Source: Candidatus Thorarchaeota archaeon
Lineage (GTDB): Archaea > Asgardarchaeota > Thorarchaeia > Thorarchaeales > Thorarchaeaceae
NCBI GenBank assembly: GCA_016933575.1
Contig: JAFGAR010000101.1
Location: 64,001 to 128,000 of the forward strand
DNA: 64,000 nt
Reading direction: 5' to 3'
Made by a program: the position numbers and the translations under genes. The notes under the pieces are model-generated. The model was not told the DNA's origin. It made no database searches and saw only the letters and a program-made list of their open reading frames with translations. Each line of letters starts with the position of its first letter. Position 1 is the first letter of the stretch. Of this stretch, positions 1-10,054 are shown in pieces.

Positions 1-1027
1 TCAGAAGAACGGTGAGCTCTTTGAGTACTGGTCTCACTCGATGTGTTTGATGCCAATCGAGACCTATCCATTATCAGCTTGGCGCAAGACCTTCTATCAG
101 GAAGAGATGTGGAGTTCATTCCGAAAGTGGAGCATCGAAAACGAAGATATCATCAAGCAAATTCTACAAAAAGTCAAAGATGATGGCGAGGTAAACAGCG
201 CATCTCTTGGAGAAAAGAAATCGAAACCATCTTCCGGTTGGTGGGACTGGAAAGTTGAAAAACGCGCACTTGAGTATCTCTTCTACATAGGAGAACTCAT
301 GGTAGCTTATCGCCAGGGATTCCAAAAATACTATGATATTCCTGAACGAGTTCTCCCAGCTGGAATTGATACTCAACCCTTAACCGATGATGAAGCTGCG
401 GAGTACATCGTCAATAGTACACTAGGTTCACTTGGTCTTGGGACGCATCAGGATATTAGATCATATCATGGAAGCATGCCCGCGAAGAAGCTTTGGAACA
501 ATAAGAAGGATAGAATCGAGGCGTATTTGGATACTCTAGTCAAAGAGGGGGAACTAGAGGAAGTTCATGTTGCCGGGTTAAAAGATCGTTATTACATGCT
601 TGCATCAAATGGTGATAGACTACACCTTGACCCAAGCCTATCCGATGAGTCTCCAGTCAAGATTCTGAGTCCCTTCGACAATGTCATGCGTGAACGACAT
701 CTACCAAAACGAGTCTGGGATTTTGATTACACCATCGAATGCTATGTTCCTCCAGCAAAACGCATCTATGGGTACTTTGTCCTTCCCATCCTAGATGGAA
801 TCGATCTTGCTGGAAGATTGGATGCAAAGGCACACCGCAAAGAGAAGCAACTCGAAGTCAAGTCGATCTACCTTGAGAAGGAAGCAATAAAATCTAAGGC
901 TGGATTAGAACGACTGAAATCTGGTCTCATTGCATTCCAGCGATTTCATGAATGTGATGCTATCTCAGTTGGGAAGGTCTCACCGCGTAATATGACCAAG
1001 CAAGTTCGTGCGATTCTAGAGGACTAG
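1..1027 (+). CDS. YcaQ/AlkZ-like winged-helix DNA glycosylase family protein (crosslink repair), 5'-truncated by the window
   Basis: The frame is open from base 2 (QKNGELFEYWSHSM). Motifs LFEYW, GWWDWK, LSPFDN, FDYTIECYVP..KR.YGYFVLP and GRLDAKAHR are typical of the YcaQ/HTH_42 family. Confidence 0.85.
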   Translation, partial: QKNGELFEYWSHSMCLMPIETYPLSAWRKTFYQEEMWSSFRKWSIENEDIIKQILQKVKDDGEVNSASLGEKKSKPSSGWWDWKVEKRALEYLFYIGELMVAYRQGFQKYYDIPERVLPAGIDTQPLTDDEAAEYIVNSTLGSLGLGTHQDIRSYHGSMPAKKLWNNKKDRIEAYLDTLVKEGELEEVHVAGLKDRYYMLASNGDRLHLDPSLSDESPVKILSPFDNVMRERHLPKRVWDFDYTIECYVPPAKRIYGYFVLPILDGIDLAGRLDAKAHRKEKQLEVKSIYLEKEAIKSKAGLERLKSGLIAFQRFHECDAISVGKVSPRNMTKQVRAILED

Positions 1028-1150
1028 CTCTATCTTAATCACTAACCTTATTTACACGGTGACCAACATATATGAAGGGAACCAAAAAGGGAGGGTAAAT
1101 TAAGCCAAAAAATATACTTAGACTCGATAGACCCAGTGGAGCGCGCAACT

Positions 1151-1738
1151 ATGAAGGATCAAGACGATGGCAGCAAAATAATGAAAGCTGTCCTTATTGG
1201 AGACGGAGCTGTTGGGAAGACAAGCATTCGTCGTAACTATTTGGGGGAAGATTTCACTGAGGGACATATCGCTACTATTGGTGTAGATTTAGCTACTAAA
1301 CGTGTTCTCTTTGATCAAGAAGTCGTGAAATTTATTATTTGGGATCTTGCAGGTCAACCGACATTTGAAAAGGTTCGTGGCCATTACTATGCTGGATGTA
1401 ATGGAATCCTCCTAGTCTATTCGGTCACAGATCGTGATTCTTTCGATAATGCATCAAAATGGCTTGTTGAGGCATTCAAGAACATGGGACCTCTTCCGCC
1501 CACGATAATAATTGGCAACAAGACCGACCTCCGGCATTCATATGACAAGAAAAAATACGTTACAACGGAGGAAGGTCAGAAATTCACGGAGTACTTCATT
1601 GAGAAGCTTGGCGTTCCTGCTGTATTCCACGAAACGAGTGCAAAGACCGGTACCGGAATTCAAGATGCATTTACACAACTGCTGCAAATGATGAGTGACG
1701 AAGAAGAGAAGAAAGAGAGCGAGCACTTCATTGGCTGA
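1151..1738 (+). CDS. Rab/Ras-like small GTPase
   Basis: G1 GDGAVGKT, G2 TIGVD, G3 WDLAGQ, G4 NKTD, G5 SAK. No C-terminal prenylation cysteines. ATG 1151 chosen over GTG 1136. Confidence 0.93.
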   Translation: MKDQDDGSKIMKAVLIGDGAVGKTSIRRNYLGEDFTEGHIATIGVDLATKRVLFDQEVVKFIIWDLAGQPTFEKVRGHYYAGCNGILLVYSVTDRDSFDNASKWLVEAFKNMGPLPPTIIIGNKTDLRHSYDKKKYVTTEEGQKFTEYFIEKLGVPAVFHETSAKTGTGIQDAFTQLLQMMSDEEEKKESEHFIG

Positions 1739-1802
1739 GCTTCGCGTTCGTTTAACTGCATCTTAGAGTTTATAAGAGCAATTTACTACTTAACTATAGT
1801 TC

Positions 1803-4466
1803 ATGAGAAGTGAATGGGAACAGTGTATCATCTTGAGTATACAGGAACGGAAAGATACAGGTCAAAAAAGGATGTCTATGCGAATTGAGGGGATGCACTG
1901 TGCATCATGCGTAGCTACAATAGAGAAGTCTTTGTTGAATCAAGATGGTGTCATTAAGGCCTCTGTAAGTCTCCTTGATGAGAAAGCTGTTATTGAATAT
2001 GATATCGATAAGGTAAATCGAACACTGCTAGAGAAAGCTGTCGAATCCACGGGATATCGAGCTTTACGTTCTGCCATAAGCTTCACCCTGGATCCAAAAC
2101 CTGACTTAAAAGGATGGGATGAGATTGCCTCAGCGATTCGAAATCTCGATGGAATAATTGAAGTCAGAACGTATCCAAATACTGGGAAACTGATTGTTGA
2201 ATACGATGAGGACCTTCTTACTCAGAAGATTGTGCGAAGGAAATTGGAATCCTTAGGACTTACAATCGAAGAGAGTTCAGCTTCTGGAGTAGACCGAGAA
2301 GTCCTTGCAAGGGAGAAAGAGATACGATACTACCGAAATCGATTCGTCTTCTCTTTGATTCTTACAATCCCAGTAGTTATTCTCATGTTTGGAGGAGCAC
2401 TTCTTCCTTCAACTTTTCCAGTAGATATTGTGATGTTTCTATTGACGACTCCAATTCAATTTATTGGAGGCTATCCATTCTATAAGGCCAGCTTCAGGGG
2501 ACTAGTGCATCGTACCACAAATATGGACACCCTTGTCATGTTGGGTACTAGTGTTGCCTATTTCTACTCAGTGGCTGCTACATTCTTTCTAACTGGTTAC
2601 ACATCCTTCTTTGATACCTCTGCATTGTTGATAACATTCATTCTCCTAGGACGGTGGTTAGAATCATTTGCAAAGGGACGAACATCTAATGCAATCCGGA
2701 GCTTAATGGATCTTCAAGCAAGCATTGCCACAGTCATAAGGGATGAAGAAGAGATAGTAATTCCAGCAGAAGACGTTGAGGTCAATGATGTCGTATTGAT
2801 TAAACCAGGTGAGAAGATACCTGTCGATGGAGAAGTAATAGATGGTAGTTCATCAGTAGACGAGTCTATGATCACTGGAGAATCTATTCCAGTCTCAAAA
2901 TCCATTGGTGACTCCGTCATCGGAGCAACTATTAACAAGAACGGTCTTCTGAAAATCAAAGCTACTAAGGTCGGCAGAGACACCGCACTCTCTCAAATAG
3001 TACAACTTGTAGAGGAAGCTCAGACACAAAAACCTCCAATTCAACGACGGGCTGATGCAATTGCAGAAGTCTTTGTTCCGTTTGTGCTTGCCATTGGTCT
3101 AATCACATTTCTTGCTTGGACTTTCTTTGGCGGTGTTACATGGGATGTATCCTTACGATTCGCGACAGCAGTAATTGTTGCTGCTTGCCCATGTGCACTG
3201 GGTCTTGCAACGCCAACAGCTATCATGGTCGGTCTTGGAAAGGGTGCGCAGCATGGAATCCTGATTAAAACAGGTGTTGGTCTGGAGACCATTCCAACTG
3301 TCGACACAATCGTTTTTGATAAAACTGGAACTCTTACGATTGGTCACCCAGTCGTCACTGATTTCATTACAGCACCTGGCATAAGCGAGGATGAAGCTCT
3401 AGCTCTGATTGCTTCCGTTGAAAAGGGAAGTGAACACCCGTTAGCAGAAGCAATTGTGCATTATGCAGAGGAACGGAATGTTCGTATTTTTGAATCAACG
3501 AATTTTATGGCAGAATCGGGTCTTGGAGTGAGAGCAAATGTAAACGGAATTCCAGTCCTTGTTGGAAATGGAAGATTCCTTGCTGAAAATTCTGTGGATT
3601 ACAAGGACTTAGCAACACATGCTCCAATACTTGAAGAACAAGCCAAAACAACTATCTTTGCAGCTTCAGGAAACAAAGCAATTGCCATCATAGCTATCTC
3701 TGATAAATTGAAAGAGAGTTCCATTCAAGCAATTCAGACTCTTAAAGAGATAGGGCTTGAAGTATGGATGATTACTGGAGATAAGATACTTACAGCAAAA
3801 GCTATTGCAGATAAATTGGAAATTAAAAACATTTTAGCGGAAGTTCTACCTCAAGATAAAGCCGCGAAGGTCAAAGAGCTACAAAATAGCAACAAGATAG
3901 TCGCATTTGTTGGTGATGGGATAAATGATGCCCCAGCACTTGCTCAGGCCGACGTTGGTATCGCCCTTGGGTCTGGAACTGACGTTTCTGTAGAGACTGG
4001 TGATATTGTCCTTGTAAAGGATGACTTGACTGATGTGATATCAGGGATTCAACTTGGAAAGAAAACTGTATCCAAGATAAAGCAGGGATTCTTTTGGGCT
4101 TTAATCTACAACATGATTCTGCTGCCAATTGCGGCTGGTGTTTTCTATCCCTTTACGCATATCGCGCTTCAGCCTGAATTTGCTGGTCTTGCCATGGCGC
4201 TCTCAAGTGTAAGTGTTGTTTCGAGTGCTTTACTTCTTAATCGATTTGACATCCAGAAACCCGGAAAAACTTCCAGTGAATCGTTGCGTGTAGAGAGTGC
4301 TCCCAGAATGGCCATAGATCCGATTTGCAAGATGGATGTTGATATAGCCTCTGCTTCATTGTTTAGTGACTACAACGAAAAGCGATACTATTTCTGCAAT
4401 CCCTATTGCAAAGAGACTTTTGATGCAGATCCCGCGAAGTATCAAGATCAAGATTTTCGTGACTAA
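1803..4466 (+). CDS. copA: Cu(I)-translocating P1B-type ATPase with C-terminal YHS/TRASH domain
   Basis: GMHCASC HMA domain, [26 protein letters not shown] and MALSS motifs. C-terminus DPICKM...YYFCNPYC. Exact start uncertain. Confidence 0.95.
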   Translation: MRSEWEQCIILSIQERKDTGQKRMSMRIEGMHCASCVATIEKSLLNQDGVIKASVSLLDEKAVIEYDIDKVNRTLLEKAVESTGYRALRSAISFTLDPKPDLKGWDEIASAIRNLDGIIEVRTYPNTGKLIVEYDEDLLTQKIVRRKLESLGLTIEESSASGVDREVLAREKEIRYYRNRFVFSLILTIPVVILMFGGALLPSTFPVDIVMFLLTTPIQFIGGYPFYKASFRGLVHRTTNMDTLVMLGTSVAYFYSVAATFFLTGYTSFFDTSALLITFILLGRWLESFAKGRTSNAIRSLMDLQASIATVIRDEEEIVIPAEDVEVNDVVLIKPGEKIPVDGEVIDGSSSVDESMITGESIPVSKSIGDSVIGATINKNGLLKIKATKVGRDTALSQIVQLVEEAQTQKPPIQRRADAIAEVFVPFVLAIGLITFLAWTFFGGVTWDVSLRFATAVIVAACPCALGLATPTAIMVGLGKGAQHGILIKTGVGLETIPTVDTIVFDKTGTLTIGHPVVTDFITAPGISEDEALALIASVEKGSEHPLAEAIVHYAEERNVRIFESTNFMAESGLGVRANVNGIPVLVGNGRFLAENSVDYKDLATHAPILEEQAKTTIFAASGNKAIAIIAISDKLKESSIQAIQTLKEIGLEVWMITGDKILTAKAIADKLEIKNILAEVLPQDKAAKVKELQNSNKIVAFVGDGINDAPALAQADVGIALGSGTDVSVETGDIVLVKDDLTDVISGIQLGKKTVSKIKQGFFWALIYNMILLPIAAGVFYPFTHIALQPEFAGLAMALSSVSVVSSALLLNRFDIQKPGKTSSESLRVESAPRMAIDPICKMDVDIASASLFSDYNEKRYYFCNPYCKETFDADPAKYQDQDFRD

Positions 4467-4801
4467 TATTGCGAGTCATATCTACCTGTAGTAATCTCTC
4501 TAATCCGCTTCTCGAAAGTATTCTCAGCAGCGGACTCCGATCCCCAAGTGATACCAAATAGACCTTGCCCGCCTCCAGAAGCTATTACAGTGACTCTACT
4601 CATTCCTGACATTCCAGAAGATTCAAAGATGACAGTTATTGACTGATTACTACTTGTTCGTAAGACATATTCCTCGTGGACGAATATAGCGACAATCCTG
4701 TTTCCAGCTATCCACCTCTTTGAGAAAATCTTACTGTAATTTCTTCCTAGATAATCTAAAACCCGATTATCAAATTCACTATCAAATTCAACAACTTTCA
4801 A
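4463..4801 (-). CDS. hypothetical protein (DUF6054-like)
   Basis: 112-aa ORF. The segment [20 protein letters not shown] resembles the DUF6054 C-terminus as I recall it (not verified). Confidence 0.6.
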   Translation of the reverse strand: MKVVEFDSEFDNRVLDYLGRNYSKIFSKRWIAGNRIVAIFVHEEYVLRTSSNQSITVIFESSGMSGMSRVTVIASGGGQGLFGITWGSESAAENTFEKRIREITTGRYDSQY

Positions 4802-4926
4802 AGGTTACATGCCTCGTTATCATGAAACTGATTTACCTTTTCCTGAAGGCTTATGGATATTTTCTCAATCCATAGGAAATTACTTGAGCAAGTTCTGAAG
4901 ATTATATTATTGGGACGTGTATCGAA

Positions 4927-5361
4927 GTGAGTGTGATTGAGCGGACCATCGTTCGATTTGCTGAACCTCAGGATCTTGAGTGGTGTGTCGTAGAAGATGA
5001 TTCTGTGACTGAACAGGTAACCCGTAACAAGATTGTCAATGATGAGATCATTGTAGGTGAGATTGACGGTCAACTTATTGGCTATGTTCGATTAGAATAT
5101 CTCTGGTCAAAGATAGCTTACATCGGGATGCTATTTGTTGAAGAGGCTTACCGTAGAGCAGGCGTAGGTCGGAAGATGCTAAATTTCCTTGAAAACCATC
5201 TTAAAGAATACGGTCACGACGTGTTTTACAGCTCTTCACAAGCAGATGAACCTGAAGCTCAGGCATGGCATCGAGGAAATGGATTCACTGAATGTGGAAT
5301 GATTAATGGACTTAATGAGGGTGGCATTGGTGAGGTCTTCTTCAGGAAGTTTCTTGCTTAG
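4927..5361 (+). CDS. GNAT family acetyltransferase
   Basis: LFVEEAYRRAGVGRKML (motif A) and WHRGNGF (motif B). Confidence 0.88.
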   Translation: MSVIERTIVRFAEPQDLEWCVVEDDSVTEQVTRNKIVNDEIIVGEIDGQLIGYVRLEYLWSKIAYIGMLFVEEAYRRAGVGRKMLNFLENHLKEYGHDVFYSSSQADEPEAQAWHRGNGFTECGMINGLNEGGIGEVFFRKFLA

Positions 5362-5583
5362 AAACAAGTATCTCATTTGTGAGAACGATTGCATATGACT
5401 TCCGATTGAGTAGTAGCTTGACATGTTCTTGTTTCCAGATAATAGAGCCCAAATGCAGTAAACACAGGCTGAAACAAAATAAAGTCTGCATCAAAAGTAC
5501 TTATCAAAATACTCTCAAATTGCATTTGGTGGGCGCAGAAGAGAACTAGTAAAATATGTTCCTTAATTACAAATAAAGAAGTC

Positions 5584-5616
5584 AGTGGCTGCTAGGTCTT
5601 GTAACCTAGAGCCACT
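5584..5616 (-). terminator. stem-loop after the 15-TM gene, probable terminator or 3' stabiliser
   Basis: AGTGGCT-G-CTAGGT / ACCTAG-AGCCACT inverted repeat, 11 nt past the stop, followed by a T-rich run on the - strand. Confidence 0.55.
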
Positions 5617-5627
5617 TCACTTTAGAT

Positions 5628-7049
5628 TCACTGCTTGTTTCTTTCCAATCTACCAGTGATAGAGAGCCAAAATACTAGGAAGGAGACTACAACGAGACCA
5701 TATCCTGGATCTAGGAATGGAAATTCCAATAAGAGAAGCGGAAATCGGATCAGAATATAGAGAAGCAAACCAATCGCCATTCCCAAAGGTCTTGACCTTC
5801 CTGGAGTTCCTGCCCTCTTCATTCTTCTCCAAGTTATCGAGAACATAATTACCGGAAGGAAGAATAACAGCATGACAAGGCCTCCAAGATACCAATAGTT
5901 GAGAAATGCAACACTCACAGGGTCTGGATACGACTGAACCATCAGGAGAATTGTAGGAACATAGATTATCACAGGTATAGAAGCTGCAGTACGATATCCT
6001 GCAGCAAGGAATGCAACTGCTGTGAAAACAATCAACGCAAATGACGATGCTACAAGATCAAAATAGACTCCAGTGACAGTTGTAAACAGGCCAATATTTC
6101 CAAACATTCCAATCATTTGACCTGCTGCAAATGAAGCAAATATTATCATTAGCATAGCTGTTGGTAGTTGTTTTGTTTCTCTCCATCTTCCAAATGTATA
6201 AGCTGCAGTACCAGCCGCAAGCATGATAGCAAAGGCTCCCATTATCCCTGTCACAAAGATGCCGATGTCTGTGTATACTCCCGTTGTTACTAGACTAATA
6301 ACAAGGAATAATGGCCCTGCAAAACTTGCTCCATATCCAAATAGTTCTGCAGAAATTTTCTGGTCGGGTCGTAAGAAAGCAAATGAAATCATAGCCGGTC
6401 CCATCATGGCAAATACGGAAATCACCAGTATAATTTCAATTGGAATGATAGAAAATAGACGTGGTACTGCAAGAACCTGTACAATCATCGCATAACCCAA
6501 AGCCAGGCTTGTGCTTCTTTTTGTGTCATAGGCTATCCATGAAAAGAGCGTAGCATTGGCTGCAAGAAGAATCATGGACAGGATATTTCCGAAATTGATA
6601 AGGTATTCAGCCACATTACTTACTCTAGAACTGCCAATAGTAATCACTGCATTAAACCATAAGATGTACGCGAGTAGAATCATCACAATCATGAATACGA
6701 AGAGTGCTCGTTGTTTGAGGATCAAAGTTGCTGAGATTGTGAGAAAGACTAATTCGATTAATGTAAAGATATAGAATATCGAGTAATTGTTCAGATAATC
6801 GTTGTATAATGCGATATTTGAATCAGCAAGCCATATGGAAATATTTCCATTTAGCACAAAATAAGTAAGTACAACCCCAATACCGAAAATAATCAGTCCG
6901 ATTGCAAAGATGTACAATGGTCTGAATGCTTTCTTGATTTCAGGGTCTGGAGATGCCGCTGACCTCTTGCGGCTGTAGTTGATGATGGTTCCTGCTGCAA
7001 CGAATGTTGCTAATCCAAGAAACAAATAGGCAATCTCATAGATTTCCAT
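5628..7049 (-). CDS. hypothetical polytopic membrane protein (about 15 TM, apparent 7+1+7 duplication)
   Basis: 473 aa with about 15 hydrophobic segments. A GGAGG SD overlaps the upstream gene's stop codon. No transporter motif recognised. Confidence 0.8.
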   Translation of the reverse strand: MEIYEIAYLFLGLATFVAAGTIINYSRKRSAASPDPEIKKAFRPLYIFAIGLIIFGIGVVLTYFVLNGNISIWLADSNIALYNDYLNNYSIFYIFTLIELVFLTISATLILKQRALFVFMIVMILLAYILWFNAVITIGSSRVSNVAEYLINFGNILSMILLAANATLFSWIAYDTKRSTSLALGYAMIVQVLAVPRLFSIIPIEIILVISVFAMMGPAMISFAFLRPDQKISAELFGYGASFAGPLFLVISLVTTGVYTDIGIFVTGIMGAFAIMLAAGTAAYTFGRWRETKQLPTAMLMIIFASFAAGQMIGMFGNIGLFTTVTGVYFDLVASSFALIVFTAVAFLAAGYRTAASIPVIIYVPTILLMVQSYPDPVSVAFLNYWYLGGLVMLLFFLPVIMFSITWRRMKRAGTPGRSRPLGMAIGLLLYILIRFPLLLLEFPFLDPGYGLVVVSFLVFWLSITGRLERNKQ

Positions 7050-7061
7050 TCATTTGGCCTC

Positions 7062-7496
7062 CTAGAAAACTTTCTTCCCCCATTCCTTCGCAGCTGAACT
7101 AGTTTCATTTGTCCAACCACGAATTCCACTTCGTACTTTTTCAATCTCCTCAGGACTACTCTCACGAGTTATCATTTCAGCTATTAGATTTAGAACACCA
7201 TCATCAATGTCGTCTCCTTGTTCGTTCACGAATTTAATGACAGCTCTGTTGTGTTCTTTAGCTCCTTTGTCATTGAATGCATGAAGGGTCACGACATAAT
7301 TTTCGCCAGCCTTTCCAATGAGTAATTTCAATTCTCCAAATTGAAGCTCGTTTATTTCGTTTCCAGAAATTTTCTTAATGAACATCTGGAGTGCAGATAC
7401 AAAACCACCAAGTAGCGCTGAGTCTCCCTCAAGGTTTTCCCAGCCCATACTGGCTATTGTTTCGCCGGCGTCGTTGATTAGGAAGATACCGTACAT
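7062..7496 (-). CDS. longin-like domain protein
   Basis: N-terminal pattern GIFLINDAGETI...DSALLGGFVSALQMF...INELQFGELKLLI matches the beta-beta-alpha-beta-beta-beta longin/sensor-like pattern common in Asgard archaea. Confidence 0.7.
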   Translation of the reverse strand: MYGIFLINDAGETIASMGWENLEGDSALLGGFVSALQMFIKKISGNEINELQFGELKLLIGKAGENYVVTLHAFNDKGAKEHNRAVIKFVNEQGDDIDDGVLNLIAEMITRESSPEEIEKVRSGIRGWTNETSSAAKEWGKKVF

Positions 7497-7578
7497 TGTC
7501 GTTGATCCCCGCTTGTGATATGCTATTTGAAGTTACCATGATGCGGCAGACCATGGTAGTTCCGGCGTGAGAGGCTAT

Positions 7579-7595
7579 TGCTTATATATTAAGCA
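7579..7595. promoter_or_regulatory. palindrome around a TATA-like box upstream of the longin-like gene
   Basis: TGCTTA-TATAT-TAAGCA, about 83 nt upstream of the ATG at 7496 (- strand). Confidence 0.4.
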
Positions 7596-7655
7596 TTTCT
7601 AGTAGCATATATTAGCAAATTTACCCATGCATTTGAAACCACGAGATTTGAGAGC

Positions 7656-7967
7656 CTAAAACGATTCAAACCAACCCTTTGTCTTGTCGATAGCATCCTT
7701 TTCTTCTTCGGTAGCTTCCGCTGCTACTTCTACATCTCGAACCTGAAAATTAGCATCAACAAAAGCAACTAGAGAATGTCCCTTTGTGCACTTTGCTGTC
7801 ACAATTGTTGGATAACGCTTAGCCTGAGTTATCTGACGTTCTTCGACCTCAACGTATACCAAGTTATTGTCAGGGCACGATGGACATGCAAAAGGTTTGA
7901 GTTTAATCTTTGGCAATAGGTTGTCTCCGTCGTCTCGAGGTCCAGAGATTAGACCGAATCTCTGCAT
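7656..7967 (-). CDS. small Zn-ribbon-like protein
   Basis: CPSC...CTKGH putative Zn ligands, then VAFVDANFQVRD. A TTG start at 7916 with a GGAG SD is possible. Confidence 0.7.
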   Translation of the reverse strand: MQRFGLISGPRDDGDNLLPKIKLKPFACPSCPDNNLVYVEVEERQITQAKRYPTIVTAKCTKGHSLVAFVDANFQVRDVEVAAEATEEEKDAIDKTKGWFESF

Positions 7968-8016
7968 ATATTGATATTTGCTACAAATCCAACTAGAAGA
8001 AAAGACATTGTAATAC

Positions 8017-8589
8017 TTAGAATTGTGGCTTTACATACCTGTCTGCTAGGAATTTACCTACTGCATTGAACATTTCAGGGACGCCCTGCCCGGTCTTTGC
8101 TGACACCTCGAAAACTTGAGCATTGTATTTCTTTGCGTATTCTTGAGCCTCTTCAAGAGATACTCCCATACCTGGAAGACGCTCATCTATTTTGTTTCCA
8201 ACAAGAAATATATCACAGTTTGGGACACTACTATGAAGTCTTGAAATCCAATCATCCAGTCTATGCATTGTGAATGAACGGCTTACCTCGTATACCGCAA
8301 TTCCTATCTTAGAGCCTCTGAAATAGTCCATCACAACATCCTGAAAACGAGGTTGGCCTCCAAGATCCCAAATGAGCAGGGTAATCTCAGAGTTTTCTAC
8401 TTGTACCTTTTTTGTGGCAAAATTGACTCCTATGGTCATCTTCATCTGCTGATCGAAACGATCTTCTGTATACCGAACGGCTATGGAAGTCTTGCCTACC
8501 CCACCCTCACCAATCAAAGCTACTTTGAAAATAGGGTTACGCGTGGTCATATCTTGCAGCTCTGTTACTATGGCCGTGAGAACCGGCAT
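8017..8589 (-). CDS. Rab-like small GTPase
   Basis: G1 GEGGVGKT, G2 TIGVNF, G3 WDLGGQ, G4 NKID, G5 SAK. Alternative ATG at 8550. Confidence 0.93.
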   Translation of the reverse strand: MPVLTAIVTELQDMTTRNPIFKVALIGEGGVGKTSIAVRYTEDRFDQQMKMTIGVNFATKKVQVENSEITLLIWDLGGQPRFQDVVMDYFRGSKIGIAVYEVSRSFTMHRLDDWISRLHSSVPNCDIFLVGNKIDERLPGMGVSLEEAQEYAKKYNAQVFEVSAKTGQGVPEMFNAVGKFLADRYVKPQF

Positions 8590-8617
8590 ATGAAGGTTTT
8601 TCTGAGAGACGTAGAGA

Positions 8618-9523
8618 TTAATTTAGGTAGAATGTGCCTTCAGCGACTAGTCTGACTCTACCTGCGACATAGATTTCTTCCATACTCTCATTTGGAATTG
8701 TGGCAATTAACCGACTTGGCCGATTGACTTCATAACCCTGTTCAATATCAATTGGCTGTCCAAAGTCATGACCTTTGAGTATGTTGTATTTTTCAAGATA
8801 AGCTCCGAGTGGTCCAGCTGCACTTCCAGTTGCTGGATCCTCTAATACTCCTACACTCGGTGCAAAGATACGGGCGTGGACTGACGAGTTTCTGTTGACG
8901 GTTTCAGTGGTAAAGATGAGAATTTTTTGCGTCGATAATTCCTTCAGGTTTTCTAGAATCAGATTTGGATTTGGCACAGCTCTCTGGACTGCTGAGAGAG
9001 TAGAAATCGGAACTATCAAGAAAGGAAATCCAGTTGTTACCACCTGAACTGGACATTTTGTAGAGATATCTTTCTGCTCCAGTCCAATCGCCTCACAAAT
9101 CTTCTTTGTATCACTAACTTCTTCCATAAACGATGGAGCGGGTTGTGACATCTGGATTCTGTTACTATCTAAATATTCAACACGGATTGGTCCGATGCCC
9201 AACTGAACCAATATCGTCTTTTCGTCCGAACGTACTGTTCCTTTGTATTTTGCGACAAATGTTGAACCAAGAGTTGGATGTCCTGCGAATTGTAGCTCAT
9301 TACTGGGTGTGAAAATGCGTATCTTAGAACGACACCCTTTCATCGTAGGCTCTTCAAGAAAGGTCGACTCTGAGAAATTCAACTGTCGTGCAATGCCCTG
9401 CATCTCATCCTTGTTGAGAGCTTTGTTGAGTGAAGTATCCCAGAATGTGGCCAGATGATTTCCTCCAAATGGATATTTCTCATCCACAAAGACACTTGTC
9501 TGTACATAAGGAATAGATTTCAT
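8618..9523 (-). CDS. PhzF family isomerase/epimerase
   Basis: FGGN, NFSESTF, RIFTP.NELQFAGHPTLG, EDPATGSA and EQG motifs. Confidence 0.92.
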   Translation of the reverse strand: MKSIPYVQTSVFVDEKYPFGGNHLATFWDTSLNKALNKDEMQGIARQLNFSESTFLEEPTMKGCRSKIRIFTPSNELQFAGHPTLGSTFVAKYKGTVRSDEKTILVQLGIGPIRVEYLDSNRIQMSQPAPSFMEEVSDTKKICEAIGLEQKDISTKCPVQVVTTGFPFLIVPISTLSAVQRAVPNPNLILENLKELSTQKILIFTTETVNRNSSVHARIFAPSVGVLEDPATGSAAGPLGAYLEKYNILKGHDFGQPIDIEQGYEVNRPSRLIATIPNESMEEIYVAGRVRLVAEGTFYLN

Positions 9524-9577
9524 GTGTATACTTCTTGCATACCAACTTAAGAATAAAGCTCCACAAGCAAATCAATT

Positions 9578-10054
9578 CTAGGGGCAATGTATTTTATCTA
9601 ACTCACTCTGACAGATTTCTCTGTCTTCTTTCCCCTTCACTGCCTTGGTAGCTTTCTCAGCAAGACCTCTGTATTTCTTGCAGTTTACATTATCGCCTGC
9701 TAGAGAATAAGCACGAGTCATCACTTCGTATGCAAATGCTAAGTCAAAATCGCCAATTCCTGTTTCTTTTGTAATCTTCAAACACTGTTCTGCATGAAAA
9801 AGAGCTGGTTCAATCCATGACAATGCATAGCAGACCCTAGAGATCATATATTCCGCTCGAGCAATATTGATTGGTTGTCCTATCTTACTCCAATGGTAGA
9901 GTGAAGTGTGAGCCATATGAAGGGCTTCTTCAAGTTCTTGCATGATAGGTTGTTCTTTATCCAGAATTGGCCAAATACTGTTGTTGGTCGTTATTGCAAT
10001 CTTCTTGTGGAAATCATCCAATGTCATACGATCTTCAGTCATGTCATCCACCAA
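9578..10054 (-). CDS. conserved hypothetical helical (TPR-like) protein
   Basis: 158 aa, all-helical. Motifs AHTSLYHW, SRV and FDLAFAYE are familiar from uncharacterised prokaryotic proteins. Confidence 0.7.
   Translation of the reverse strand: MVDDMTEDRMTLDDFHKKIAITTNNSIWPILDKEQPIMQELEEALHMAHTSLYHWSKIGQPINIARAEYMISRVCYALSWIEPALFHAEQCLKITKETGIGDFDLAFAYEVMTRAYSLAGDNVNCKKYRGLAEKATKAVKGKEDREICQSELDKIHCP

Noticed and set aside
5628-7049. Rhodopsin (schizorhodopsin/heliorhodopsin) identity for the 7TM-like units
   Set aside because: No retinal-binding Lys in the seventh helix of either unit and no RYxxW motif.
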